From Spirochaetia bacterium (GTDB taxonomy: Bacteria > Spirochaetota > Spirochaetia > UBA9216), in assembly GCA_963675665.1 (NCBI GenBank), contig OY776510.1, positions 3,072,001-3,136,000 on the forward strand: a DNA stretch of 64,000 nt, in the 5' to 3' direction. Position numbers and translations under genes: made by a program. Below the pieces are notes generated by a model, which was not told the origin of the DNA, did not search any database, and was given only the letters and a program-made list of their open reading frames with translations. Position 1 is the stretch's first letter. Every line of letters begins with the position of its first letter. Shown here in pieces: positions 19,338-29,067 of this stretch.

Positions 19338-20609
19338 TTAAAAAGCGCTTAACGCAGCGTCTATTTCAGCCTGTGTAATTCCTAAAGTTTCCAGGTAGGA
19401 AGTTACAAATCCCGGCTGCTCCTTATCCATCTGGACCAGAAGCGAAACCGATTTTTCTCCGTAAAAATCAGGATCATCACGGAATGAGTATACAAGGTCT
19501 TCTACAGCATCTTCGAATCTGTTGTCCGCGTATGAATTAACGCCCAGAGCGTAATAGGTAATACCTTCTTCGCCGCCCATCTGGATTGCTGTTTCGTAGT
19601 AGTATTCCGCCATCATATAGTCTCTTTCTGCATAGTAGATAAGTCCGAGGTAATAATAGGGAACCGGATGATCATCTCTCATGCTGAGAGCTTTTATAAA
19701 TGTTCTTTCTGCAAGTGCCAGATCGCCTTCGGCGTATAAATCCATTCCGTCCTGAACAAGATCAGGGAATGTTTTAATTCTGTCTATATAGGTTGCAAAA
19801 TCCTTTGAGAATTCATTTTTCCCGACCCATTCAAAAGCGTTTTTAATGATCGCGACCTCATTGTTTTTTCTGTCGGAAGCCGGAGAAAGGGTTTTTATTG
19901 AATCCCAGATAATCCTGTTATATGCGTTATCGCTGCTGTTTAAAAGGAAATGTACAAGGCCCCAGGATTGTGCATAAAAAACATCTATGCTTGCGTTTGC
20001 ATTCTCGACATTCATCGTCAGCAGGGTGGGGAACGGGATGATCGAATTCTCATAACCTGCTGCGGTATTGCTGAGATATTTTTTAAGAGTAAAAAGCCAA
20101 CTGAGGTTTTCCTTGTATTCCACCTCTTTTGATTCTGCCGAGTAATAGCATTCTTCAAAATAAATTGCGAAGCCTTTCTGCATCCAGAGCGGCGGATTCG
20201 GAATAAAAGTTTTTAAAAACTGCATGAAACCGTGATGTGCAAGATATTTGTTGTACGAGGCATCTTCCGAGTAGTAACATACCAGTTCATTTTTATCGGG
20301 TTGATTATACTGCAAAAATACAAAAGAATTCTTTTTGTCGGGGATAATATCTGCAAGATAAGAGTCAAAAGATGCTTTATCCCTGAAGACCTTGACTTTC
20401 ATTTTGTAGGAAAGAGCTTCTTTATTAAAATGGAAGTAGTCGTTATAGAAATCAAAATATGCGTCAAGAATTTCCGCAGTTTCGGCAGCATGACCTACAC
20501 TCACTTCGGAATAAACCTTGTAATAATCACTTTCAATAAGGTTCATATCCTGCGAGAAGAGAAAAACCGAAAGGAAAATAAAAACTGCACAAAATATCAA
20601 TTTTTTCAT
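19338..20609 (-). CDS. Exported TPR protein with degenerate peptidase MA/DUF1570-like domain
   Basis: LAHHGF...PPLWMQKGFAIYFE, FYAQSWGLVHFL; TPRs (YYYLGLIYY). Confidence 0.7.
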   Translation of the reverse strand: MKKLIFCAVFIFLSVFLFSQDMNLIESDYYKVYSEVSVGHAAETAEILDAYFDFYNDYFHFNKEALSYKMKVKVFRDKASFDSYLADIIPDKKNSFVFLQYNQPDKNELVCYYSEDASYNKYLAHHGFMQFLKTFIPNPPLWMQKGFAIYFEECYYSAESKEVEYKENLSWLFTLKKYLSNTAAGYENSIIPFPTLLTMNVENANASIDVFYAQSWGLVHFLLNSSDNAYNRIIWDSIKTLSPASDRKNNEVAIIKNAFEWVGKNEFSKDFATYIDRIKTFPDLVQDGMDLYAEGDLALAERTFIKALSMRDDHPVPYYYLGLIYYAERDYMMAEYYYETAIQMGGEEGITYYALGVNSYADNRFEDAVEDLVYSFRDDPDFYGEKSVSLLVQMDKEQPGFVTSYLETLGITQAEIDAALSAF

Positions 20610-20668
20610 GTTGGATCTCCTTACGTCTTAAGTAGACAGCCAAATTTTATGCAATAGTTTACGATCTG

Positions 20669-21547
20669 TCAAACCTTTTTCTTTTTTGTGAAAAAATCTT
20701 CAACATTTATGCTCACAGAATCAATCATAATGCCCGAATAACGCTCTAAATTGTCAATAAGGTATTCCCTGAAGCTGTGAACAGTGTTTGAAACCTCGAT
20801 TCCGTACGGAAGGCTTATCTTGAGCTTCAGTATATATCCTTTAATTTCTTCCCGTACCGAGATTTTTGTAATTGCAATAGAGCTGTCGTATTCATCGGCA
20901 CAGTGAAGTATCATCTGGGTAAGCGCTGATTCGGAAATGCTGACACGGCCTTTCTTGCTGAATTCGGGTCTGACTACTGTTTTTTCAAAATACTTGCCTT
21001 TCTTGGTAAAGTTAAGAAACTTCTTTTCCATAAAAACTTTTACAGAATCGTAGACCATCTGTGAATAATTCCGGTTGATTTCAACTGCGGGGACGGGAAT
21101 GACATGTTTCCCTTCAAGTTTCCGGGATCTGACTGCAGTATTAATTTCTTCGGTAGTAGCAATATCTTCTATACGGATAACCTTGCTGATTTGCGGCAGG
21201 TTCAGACGTGAAGCTATCTTGTGGGTCATTCGTTCAGAAGTTCCAATTATAAGGATTCGTTTAAATTTTTCTTCCCTTAAAGTATTAATAACCGAATCGC
21301 GATGTATTTTGTCATCGAAAAGTGCGGTTTTAATCGCACCGAGATAGGTATGTTCCTTTTTTGCAGATTTTCCGGCGATTATTTTTTTACCGCGGATAAG
21401 AAGCCCGTCATCTATTATCAGTTCAATTCCAAGTTTATCTGCAATAAGTTTCGCCCTGAAGCTTTTACCAGTTCCGCTTTTCCCAACCAGTGAAAAAACT
21501 TTAACCCCTCTGAGTACCCATTGAATATGTCTGAATAGATGGTTCAT
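20669..21547 (-). CDS. P-loop NTPase fused to Asp23/Gls24-like domain
   Basis: GKSGTGKS, IIDDGLLI; C-terminal LERYSGIMIDSVSINVE. Confidence 0.7.
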   Translation of the reverse strand: MNHLFRHIQWVLRGVKVFSLVGKSGTGKSFRAKLIADKLGIELIIDDGLLIRGKKIIAGKSAKKEHTYLGAIKTALFDDKIHRDSVINTLREEKFKRILIIGTSERMTHKIASRLNLPQISKVIRIEDIATTEEINTAVRSRKLEGKHVIPVPAVEINRNYSQMVYDSVKVFMEKKFLNFTKKGKYFEKTVVRPEFSKKGRVSISESALTQMILHCADEYDSSIAITKISVREEIKGYILKLKISLPYGIEVSNTVHSFREYLIDNLERYSGIMIDSVSINVEDFFTKKKKV

Positions 21548-21553
21548 ATAAGT

Positions 21554-21582
21554 ATAATAGTTATAAAGAGTTAAATATCCAA
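21554..21582 (-). promoter_or_regulatory. Sigma70 promoter, probably leaderless
   Basis: TTGGAT-17-TATTAT-6-ATG, no SD. Confidence 0.55.
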
Positions 21583-21585
21583 GTA

Positions 21586-22563
21586 TTATATTGAAATTAT
21601 TTTGGATTTTGCTTTCTGTAAGGCTGAGTCAATATGACTTTTCCCCCAGATTCCGGATAAAATTTTCAACTGCCCGGACGGAAGATCAGCAAAAACAGAG
21701 CGGAATCCGCAGATGTCGTCATACTCCGGAAGAACCATGGCCCAGGAGTGCAGGATATATCTTTTAAAGTCTTTTGTTCTTCTCCCGCCGTATTTTGAAT
21801 CTCCTGCAAGCGGAAAACCGGCTGCCGCGGCCTGGCTGCGAATCTGGTGAGTTAAGCCTGTTTCTATCCTGAAAAGGCATAATGTAAGGTTATCAGTACT
21901 GCATAGCGGTTCGACCTCGGTGATCCCTGTTTTTGAGTCATTATCGGTTCCGGATGAAGCCTTTCTTGTGATGTTGCCGCTGCGTTCAAGGCTGTCTACC
22001 AGCCGTATCGGTTCTGCGGGGCCGTTAATACAGACGCCGAGATAATATTTTCTGATTTTACGCTGTTGCATCAGCTTACTGAACCTTGCGGCCCCTTTAA
22101 TAGAAGCTGATATTGTAATTAATCCCGATGTGTTTCTGTCAAGCCGGTGCAGGGGAGCGGGTTTGAATGAGAGTGAATCTTCTATTCCGACAAGGTGGCA
22201 AGGCAGCAGCTCTGCAAGCGAATTGCTGCCGTGAGTAAGCATGCCGGAAGGTTTGTTTATAAAAACCAGGTTGTCGGTTCGCAGGACAGTAATAGAATCG
22301 AGATCTGCCTTACTGCCGGAGTTTTCCGGAACAGGTTTTTCTGTAGAAGACGAATGCTGAATTGTTTCCTTTACAGCAATAACGTCATCTTCCTGAATTC
22401 TGTATGACTGACAGCTCTTTTTGCCGTTAACCCTGATGGTTCCCTTTCGAATCGAAGAATAAATCAGTCCGGCAGGAATATCGGGCAGCATTTTTTTTAC
22501 TACCCTGTCGAGTCTTCGTTCCTGATCATTTGAGCGGCAATAAAAAAGTTTATATCCTTTCAC
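21586..22563 (-). CDS. RluA-family 23S rRNA pseudouridine synthase with S4 domain
   Basis: RRLDR, INKPSG, HRLDRNTSG, TGLTHQIR, GDSKYG. Confidence 0.92.
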   Translation of the reverse strand: MKGYKLFYCRSNDQERRLDRVVKKMLPDIPAGLIYSSIRKGTIRVNGKKSCQSYRIQEDDVIAVKETIQHSSSTEKPVPENSGSKADLDSITVLRTDNLVFINKPSGMLTHGSNSLAELLPCHLVGIEDSLSFKPAPLHRLDRNTSGLITISASIKGAARFSKLMQQRKIRKYYLGVCINGPAEPIRLVDSLERSGNITRKASSGTDNDSKTGITEVEPLCSTDNLTLCLFRIETGLTHQIRSQAAAAGFPLAGDSKYGGRRTKDFKRYILHSWAMVLPEYDDICGFRSVFADLPSGQLKILSGIWGKSHIDSALQKAKSKIISI

Positions 22564-22566
22564 CGA

Positions 22567-22595
22567 TTGTCATACTAACACGCCTCGTTTATAAT
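22567..22595 (+). promoter_or_regulatory. Sigma70 promoter of the rnf operon, probably leaderless
   Basis: TTGTCA-17-TATAAT-7-ATG(22603), no SD. Confidence 0.7.
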
Positions 22596-22602
22596 ATCCA
22601 CA

Positions 22603-24111
22603 ATGCTTAGACGTTGTATTTATAATTTCCCATTGATGTGTGTCTTTGTACTTCTCTGTGCGGTAACATTTTTCCTGGCTGCAGGCAAGAATGAGATAAA
22701 ACTGTGGGATGATTATTTTATAATTGCAGTGCCGGAAGGTCAGGCTGAGTCAGCGGCGGCAAGAATATGCAGCACTGAAAAACTGCGCGCCGAAGCTGTA
22801 ACCGAATATAATACTGAATTCATTTTCAACGATTTCGGCAGGGATGAGACAGTAAAGCTGACTGATCTTGAAGAGAGATTTGTAGAAGGCGATCCGCGGG
22901 TTGATCCTTTTATGGAGAACGCGGCAAGTTTTTTCCATACAGTAACACAAGACGGAGCGGGCAGGGAGCTGATTTACGTAAAAAGCGGTCTCAAAGGTTT
23001 TTCGTTTTATTACAGGATAAAAAAAATATTCGGTGAAGAAACAGACAGCTGGGTATTTCCTGATTTCAGACTGGAGAACAGGCTGTATCCGTTGTTGCTG
23101 TTTGCTGTTTGCTGCTTTTTTGTGATATTGCTTTTAAAAGGGTTGAGAATACCGGCAATTGCAGCAAGTCTGCCATGGATTGCAGCAATTGCGGCAAACG
23201 GTGCCGGGATTCTGCCTGCTGCTGTCGCTGTTTATATTTTTACTGCCTTTCTTGTGCGTGAGACATTCAGCGATATGCTTTATTACCTGAATTACAGGCA
23301 GATAAGAGTCGGCCGGAATTTTCTTGTGTATGCTTCGGCTTTTATAGTTTCCATATTTATTTATACAATACTGAATTATTTATCCGAAAAACCAGTTCTT
23401 CCTGTTTTTACTGCTGTAGCAGCTGATGCGGTCTTTTTTTTAATTTTCTACAGTATCAAAAGCCAGAAAGTGACAATGCAGGAACACCGGTTGTTTTTTC
23501 CGGTCAGCATATCCAACGAAACTGAAAATGAATATAACGTGCGAAAACTTCCTGAAACAGCAGCCGCAGCCGCAGCCGTGATAATTCTACCCATGTTTAT
23601 GCTTTTTTTTAACGACAGCGTTTCTTTGGAAATCCCAAAACCGGAAAAATCAGAAAATGTACTGGAGTGGAACTGGGAAAATCTTGAATACCTGAATAAA
23701 ACCGGGGAAGGGCTAATCAATGCTTCAGATTATATTACACACAGGGCTTTTCAGGACGGTTTTATGTACGACAGGGATTATATTTTCCCGTTGCGCGGAG
23801 AAAGCCTGATGCAGGGGAGTTTTGTTTCCGAAAACAATGAAATTCTATATAGAGAGTATTGTATCCGACAGTTTACAGATGAATGGTATACAAGTATAAT
23901 CAGCCAGGGGTCGAAAACAGGTTTGACGGCACTTCTGCTGAGCCAGAAGTCGCCGGGCGGAATATCTATAACTTCAGATATCTCTGACACAGCAGGCGGT
24001 TTTAATCCCGTAAGGCATATAATAGCAGGCTTGCTCGCGTTTATACCGCTGACAGGTCAATTACTGATAAAAGTACGAATTACAGTAAGGAGAAAGGGTC
24101 AAGAAGCATGA
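22603..24111 (+). CDS. Hypothetical multi-pass membrane protein, first gene of rnf operon
   Basis: 502-aa ORF with ~8 TM segments; stop overlaps rnfC start (ATGA). Confidence 0.7.
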   Translation: MLRRCIYNFPLMCVFVLLCAVTFFLAAGKNEIKLWDDYFIIAVPEGQAESAAARICSTEKLRAEAVTEYNTEFIFNDFGRDETVKLTDLEERFVEGDPRVDPFMENAASFFHTVTQDGAGRELIYVKSGLKGFSFYYRIKKIFGEETDSWVFPDFRLENRLYPLLLFAVCCFFVILLLKGLRIPAIAASLPWIAAIAANGAGILPAAVAVYIFTAFLVRETFSDMLYYLNYRQIRVGRNFLVYASAFIVSIFIYTILNYLSEKPVLPVFTAVAADAVFFLIFYSIKSQKVTMQEHRLFFPVSISNETENEYNVRKLPETAAAAAAVIILPMFMLFFNDSVSLEIPKPEKSENVLEWNWENLEYLNKTGEGLINASDYITHRAFQDGFMYDRDYIFPLRGESLMQGSFVSENNEILYREYCIRQFTDEWYTSIISQGSKTGLTALLLSQKSPGGISITSDISDTAGGFNPVRHIIAGLLAFIPLTGQLLIKVRITVRRKGQEA

Positions 24112-25433
24112 AAGGAGAAAAGACTTTTCCCAGGGGTGGAATCCATCCTCACGGGAAAAAACATTTGACGAACGGTAAAGCAGTCGTCAAAGCAGAAATT
24201 CCCGATACTCTTATTATTCCAATGGGACAGCATCTCGGGGCTCCCGCAGAAGCTGTTGTAGCTGCGGGCGACGAAGTGACTGAAGGAATGCTGATAGGCA
24301 AGCCGGCAGGGTTTATCTCCGCCGGAATTCACAGCCCGGTAGACGGAACAGTAAAAGAATTGAGAGATGTTTTTCTTGCAAACGGTATGAAATCCATAGC
24401 CGTTGTGATTGAGAAAAAAGAGGGTTTCAAGCCGGCTGAAAGGAACAGAAACGACGGCTGGAAAGACAAAACTCCGCAGGAGCTGAACGAAATTGTCAAA
24501 GACTCCGGTATTGTCGGATTGGGAGGCGCAACATTTCCTGCAAATGTAAAATACGCAGTACCAAAAGGCGAGAAGGCCGAATATCTGATTATAAATGCTG
24601 TTGAATGTGAACCTTATCTTTCAGCTGATCACAGGCTTATGCTGGAGAAGACTTCGGAAATTATTGAGGGGCTGAGGATTTTAAAGAAGATTGTTGATCC
24701 TGAAAAGATCGCAATCGGGATAGAAATAAACAAACCGGATGCAATTGAAATTATACGAAAGCAGGCTGCAGAGGAGAACTTCGAACTTGAGGTAGTTCCC
24801 CTGAAACTGAAATATCCGCAGGGAGACGAAAAACAGCTTATAAAGGCTGTTACCGGTCGGGAAGTTCCTTCCGGAGCACTTCCTATAGCAGTAGGATGCG
24901 TTGTTTCAAATGTCGGAACGGTAAATGCTGTTTACGAAGCTGTTGTTCTTGAAAAACCGCTGTATGAAAGAATTGTATCGGTAACAGGTCTGGGTGTTAA
25001 AAATCCCGGGAATTACCTTGTAAGGGTAGGAACTCCGATATCACTTCTGCTTGAAGCATGCGGCGGAACTGTTAAAAGACCTGCCAAAATTGTTGTAGGC
25101 GGACCGATGATGGGTTTTTCCATCTATGATACCGATACCCCGGTTACCAAGGGCACTTCAGGTATACTGGTACTGACTGAAAAGGAAGCAGGTGCTGCCG
25201 CAAGAACGGCCTGTCTGTCATGCGGAAAATGTGTAAGCGCCTGCCCGATGGGACTTAACCCAACCAGAATGTTTAAATTTATCGATCATTCTGATTATGA
25301 TACTGCCATGGAGATCGGCCTTATGGACTGTAAGGAATGCGGATGCTGTGCATTTACATGTCCGGCGCATATTCCGCTGGTTCAGGGGATGAGGCTTGGA
25401 AAGAAAATGGCAAGGAAAAAGAAGGTAAGCTGA
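24108..25433 (+). CDS. rnfC: Rnf complex subunit C
   Basis: GIVGLGGATFP, NAVECEPYL, KYPQGDEKQLI, two CxxCxxCxxxCP. Confidence 0.96.
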   Translation: MKGEKTFPRGGIHPHGKKHLTNGKAVVKAEIPDTLIIPMGQHLGAPAEAVVAAGDEVTEGMLIGKPAGFISAGIHSPVDGTVKELRDVFLANGMKSIAVVIEKKEGFKPAERNRNDGWKDKTPQELNEIVKDSGIVGLGGATFPANVKYAVPKGEKAEYLIINAVECEPYLSADHRLMLEKTSEIIEGLRILKKIVDPEKIAIGIEINKPDAIEIIRKQAAEENFELEVVPLKLKYPQGDEKQLIKAVTGREVPSGALPIAVGCVVSNVGTVNAVYEAVVLEKPLYERIVSVTGLGVKNPGNYLVRVGTPISLLLEACGGTVKRPAKIVVGGPMMGFSIYDTDTPVTKGTSGILVLTEKEAGAAARTACLSCGKCVSACPMGLNPTRMFKFIDHSDYDTAMEIGLMDCKECGCCAFTCPAHIPLVQGMRLGKKMARKKKVS

Positions 25434-26464
25434 TGTCGGAAGAAGTGAAATTAACAATTGGCAGTTCTCCGCAGATACACTCACCCGCATCAACCGCAAG
25501 AATTATGTGGCTGGTTGTGCTGAGCCTTGTACCTGCAGGAGTCTGGGGAGTCTATGCGTTCGGACTGCGGTCATTAGCTGTTCTTGCAGCCTCCATTATA
25601 GCGGCCGTAGTTGCCGAATATTTTATGTGCCGGATTTTCAAAAAGGGCAATATTGCCGACGGCAGCGCATTTCTTACGGGGCTGCTGGTAGGCTACAATA
25701 TGCCGGCCGAAGTTCCGATTTACATTGCGGTAATAGCATCTCTGTTTGCTATTATTGTTGTTAAATGGACTTTCGGCGGATTGGGAACAAACTGGATGAA
25801 TCCTGCGCTTGCAGGACGTGTGTTCGTGTTCTTTTCATGGACCGGTGGTATGAGCCGCTGGTCAATGCCGCATATGGTTGCCGATACGGTCAGCGGTGCA
25901 AGTCCGCTCGGTTTTCTGAAAACCAATATGATGACCTTCAGCGGCAGCGCTGCCGGACCAATGGATTTTCTGGCCGGACAGGGCTATCCGGTAGACAGTT
26001 ATCTGGATTTGTTTATCGGAAGAATTCCCGGCTGTATCGGAGAGGTTTCAACCTTGCTGCTTCTTATCGGAGGATTGTTTCTTATAATCGTAAAAATAGT
26101 TGACTGGGAAATACCTGTTTTTTATATCGGAAGTTTTGCGCTGCTGTCGTGGATTTTCGGAGGACTGGGATTCGGGAACGGTTTTTTCAGCGGAGATGTT
26201 CTGTTTCATCTGTTTACCGGCGGCCTGATGCTTGGAGCGTTGTTTATGGCAACAGACATGGTTACCTCTCCGATAACGCGAAAGGGAATGATTATTTACG
26301 CAATCGGATGCGGTTTCCTGACTTTTCTGATTCGTTTTTACGGCTCATTTCCGGAAGGCGTATCTCTGGCAATTATTCTTATGAACATTTTTGTACCGTT
26401 AATCAACAGGGCGACACAGCCCGTCAAGTTCGGTGCTTTGCCAAAGGAAAAGAAAAATGACTGA
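25433..26464 (+). CDS. rnfD: Rnf complex subunit D
   Basis: SSPQIH, FGGLGTNWMNPALAGR, SGASPL, GCIGEVS, FMATDMVTSP. Confidence 0.95.
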   Translation: MSEEVKLTIGSSPQIHSPASTARIMWLVVLSLVPAGVWGVYAFGLRSLAVLAASIIAAVVAEYFMCRIFKKGNIADGSAFLTGLLVGYNMPAEVPIYIAVIASLFAIIVVKWTFGGLGTNWMNPALAGRVFVFFSWTGGMSRWSMPHMVADTVSGASPLGFLKTNMMTFSGSAAGPMDFLAGQGYPVDSYLDLFIGRIPGCIGEVSTLLLLIGGLFLIIVKIVDWEIPVFYIGSFALLSWIFGGLGFGNGFFSGDVLFHLFTGGLMLGALFMATDMVTSPITRKGMIIYAIGCGFLTFLIRFYGSFPEGVSLAIILMNIFVPLINRATQPVKFGALPKEKKND

Positions 26465-27005
26465 TATGTTGAAGATAGGCGGAAAACTTGCACTGATATG
26501 TGCTGTAGCAGCCCTGTGCCTGGGAGCTGTAAATATGATTACTGAACCGCAGATAGCATTATTCAGGGAGCAGAAGCTTCAGGCAGCTCTTGAACAGGTT
26601 TCGCCGGGGGGAACCATCGGTGAAGAAACTGCTGCTGATAACTCTGTTGTAGGCAGTTATTACAAGGTTGAAGAAGGCGGTGCATGCACCGGATACATTC
26701 TGAACCTGAAAGGATCAGGGTACGGCGGCGATTTGAATCTACTGGCCAGTTATACGCCTGACGGCGCTCTTTTCGGTTCGGTACTGATGGATAATGATGA
26801 AACTCCGGGACTGGGAAAAGAGGCGGAGAAAGAATGGTATATGAAAAAATATATCGGTTTTACCGGAAACAATATTCCTACCTCGAAAACACAGCTGAAA
26901 CAGGAAGACGCGGATGCAATCTCGGGAGCAACAATAACCTTTGCCGGTGTTGGAACAGCGCTGATTGCAGGTTCTGAATTTGCGTTGAAGATGGGGGGTA
27001 AATGA
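26457..27005 (+). CDS. rnfG: Rnf complex subunit G (FMN-binding)
   Basis: GYGG, ETPGLG, DAISGATIT. Confidence 0.93.
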   Translation: MTDMLKIGGKLALICAVAALCLGAVNMITEPQIALFREQKLQAALEQVSPGGTIGEETAADNSVVGSYYKVEEGGACTGYILNLKGSGYGGDLNLLASYTPDGALFGSVLMDNDETPGLGKEAEKEWYMKKYIGFTGNNIPTSKTQLKQEDADAISGATITFAGVGTALIAGSEFALKMGGK

Positions 27006-27628
27006 TGCTTAAAGAATTTACAAAGGGTCTTATCAAGGAAAACCCTGTTTTTGTATTGGCGCTTGGATTATGCCCCGCACTCGGTGTTACTTCGAAGGTT
27101 GTAAATGCACTTGGTATGGGTTCCGGAGTTATTTTTGTATTGCTTGGATCAAATATCTTTGTTTCGCTGCTCAAGAATTTTATCCCCGAAAAAGTCAGAA
27201 TCCCTTCCTACATAGTTATTATTGCGTCGTTTGTAACTATTGTCGAGATGGTTATGGAAGCGTTCATTCCGTCCTTGTATGAAGCTCTCGGGGTGTTTGT
27301 ACCGCTGATAGTCGTAAACTGCGTAATTCTCGGCAGGGCTGAGGCTTTTGCCAATAAAAACACACTTGGTGCATCGATACTTGACGCACTTGGAATGGGT
27401 ATAGGTTTCACCCTCTCTATTGTTGTAATAGCTTTGGTAAGAGAGATACTGGGAGCGGGTACGGTTACACTTGTTCCGATAGGTAGCTGGGACGGTGTAA
27501 TAACCATCCCCGGACTTTCCTCATCTCCGGCACGTGTTTTTTCACTTGCCGCCGGGGCGCTTCTGGTTATGGGATACCTTCAGGCCCTGATAAAATGGAG
27601 CACATCCAAAAAGGCGGAGGCGAAATAA
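27002..27628 (+). CDS. rnfE: Rnf complex subunit E
   Basis: ENPVFVLALGLCPALG, PLIVVNCVILGRAEAFA. Confidence 0.95.
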   Translation: MMLKEFTKGLIKENPVFVLALGLCPALGVTSKVVNALGMGSGVIFVLLGSNIFVSLLKNFIPEKVRIPSYIVIIASFVTIVEMVMEAFIPSLYEALGVFVPLIVVNCVILGRAEAFANKNTLGASILDALGMGIGFTLSIVVIALVREILGAGTVTLVPIGSWDGVITIPGLSSSPARVFSLAAGALLVMGYLQALIKWSTSKKAEAK

Positions 27629-28218
27629 TGACTTATATTGGAATAATAATAACATTTGTTTTTATAAATAACTTTATTCTGACCCAGTTTATGGGATTAT
27701 GCCCTTTTATCGGTGTTTCAAAGAATGTTGAATCAGCGGTTGGAATGGGCTTTGCTGTAACTTTTGTAATGTCTCTTGCTGCACTTGCAACCTGGGCTAT
27801 CCAGAATTTTATACTGGTTCCGCTTAATGTTGAGTTTTTGCAGACAATTACGTTCATTCTGATGATTGCAGCTCTGGTGCAGTTTGTAGAGATGTTCATA
27901 CAAAAATCATCGCCGTCTCTTTACAAGGCGCTTGGTATATATCTTCCTCTTATTACAACAAACTGTGCCGTTCTCGGTATAGCACTGATAGCGGTTAGAA
28001 GCAATTATAATGCGATTGAAAGCTTTATAGCAGGAATAGCAGCCGGGCTTGGTTTTCTGCTTGCTATTGTGCTGATGTCAGCGATACGTGAAAAACTTGA
28101 TTCGGAATGGGTACCAAAACCGTTAAGGGGAACTCCGATTGCATTTATAACAGGCGGTCTGATGGCCCTTGCCTTCATGGCATTCGACAAGGCGCTGCTT
28201 AACAACCTTATAGGCTAG
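27628..28218 (+). CDS. rnfA: Rnf complex subunit A
   Basis: NNFILTQFMGLCPFIGVS, LPLITTNCAVLG. Confidence 0.95.
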   Translation: MTYIGIIITFVFINNFILTQFMGLCPFIGVSKNVESAVGMGFAVTFVMSLAALATWAIQNFILVPLNVEFLQTITFILMIAALVQFVEMFIQKSSPSLYKALGIYLPLITTNCAVLGIALIAVRSNYNAIESFIAGIAAGLGFLLAIVLMSAIREKLDSEWVPKPLRGTPIAFITGGLMALAFMAFDKALLNNLIG

Positions 28219-28228
28219 GAGAATTAAG

Positions 28229-29038
28229 ATGATAGACAGAGTAATTTATGCTTTTCTTTCTGTAGGGGTTCTCGGCGGCTTGCTTGGTCTGGCGCTGGCT
28301 TATGCGGCAAAGGTTTTTGCTGTCAAGAAAGATGAAAGAGTCGGAATAATTGAGGAAATTCTGCCTGGAGCAAATTGCGGAGCATGCGGTTATCCCGGAT
28401 GTTCAGGTTATGCTGAAGCAATAGTGCATGAGCAGGCTGATATGACACTGTGCAGCCCGGGAGGACCGGAAACAGCCGCAAAAGTCGGCGAAGTTATGGG
28501 ACAGGTTGTAAACGTCAGCGGCGAAAAGATGGTAGCCCAGATACATTGCAGGGGAACAAGAGATACCAGCCAAGTAAAATACGATTATAACGGAATTGAA
28601 GACTGCAACGCGATGCATTCTTCATTCGGAGGTGATAAAACCTGTCCATACGGATGTCTCGGTCTGGGCAGCTGTATCAAGGTTTGTCCTGTAGATGCAA
28701 TAGAAAAAACAGAAGCGGGATATCTGAATATTGATAAAGACAAATGTATAGCATGCGGAAAATGTATTGATGTCTGCCCGACAGGCGTTATAAAAATGAT
28801 TCCCTATAAAGCCTCCGTGATTGTAGCATGCAATTCAACAGATAAAGGCGGAGCTGTAAGAAAGTACTGTTCAGTCGGATGTATAGGGTGTAAAATGTGT
28901 GAAAAGAAATCGCCTGAAGGCGGATTCAAAATAGAGAATTTCCTGGCGACTATTGATTATAGCGCTGAGGGCAGCCGTGATGAAGCCATGGAAGTCTGTC
29001 CTGCAAAATGTATAGTAGATCTGGATGTTGCTGATTAG
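28229..29038 (+). CDS. rnfB: Rnf complex subunit B
   Basis: LPGANCGACGYPGC, multiple ferredoxin Cys motifs. Confidence 0.95.
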   Translation: MIDRVIYAFLSVGVLGGLLGLALAYAAKVFAVKKDERVGIIEEILPGANCGACGYPGCSGYAEAIVHEQADMTLCSPGGPETAAKVGEVMGQVVNVSGEKMVAQIHCRGTRDTSQVKYDYNGIEDCNAMHSSFGGDKTCPYGCLGLGSCIKVCPVDAIEKTEAGYLNIDKDKCIACGKCIDVCPTGVIKMIPYKASVIVACNSTDKGGAVRKYCSVGCIGCKMCEKKSPEGGFKIENFLATIDYSAEGSRDEAMEVCPAKCIVDLDVAD

Positions 29039-29067
29039 GGAGGGGCGGCAGCCGGAGTTGGCGCGTA

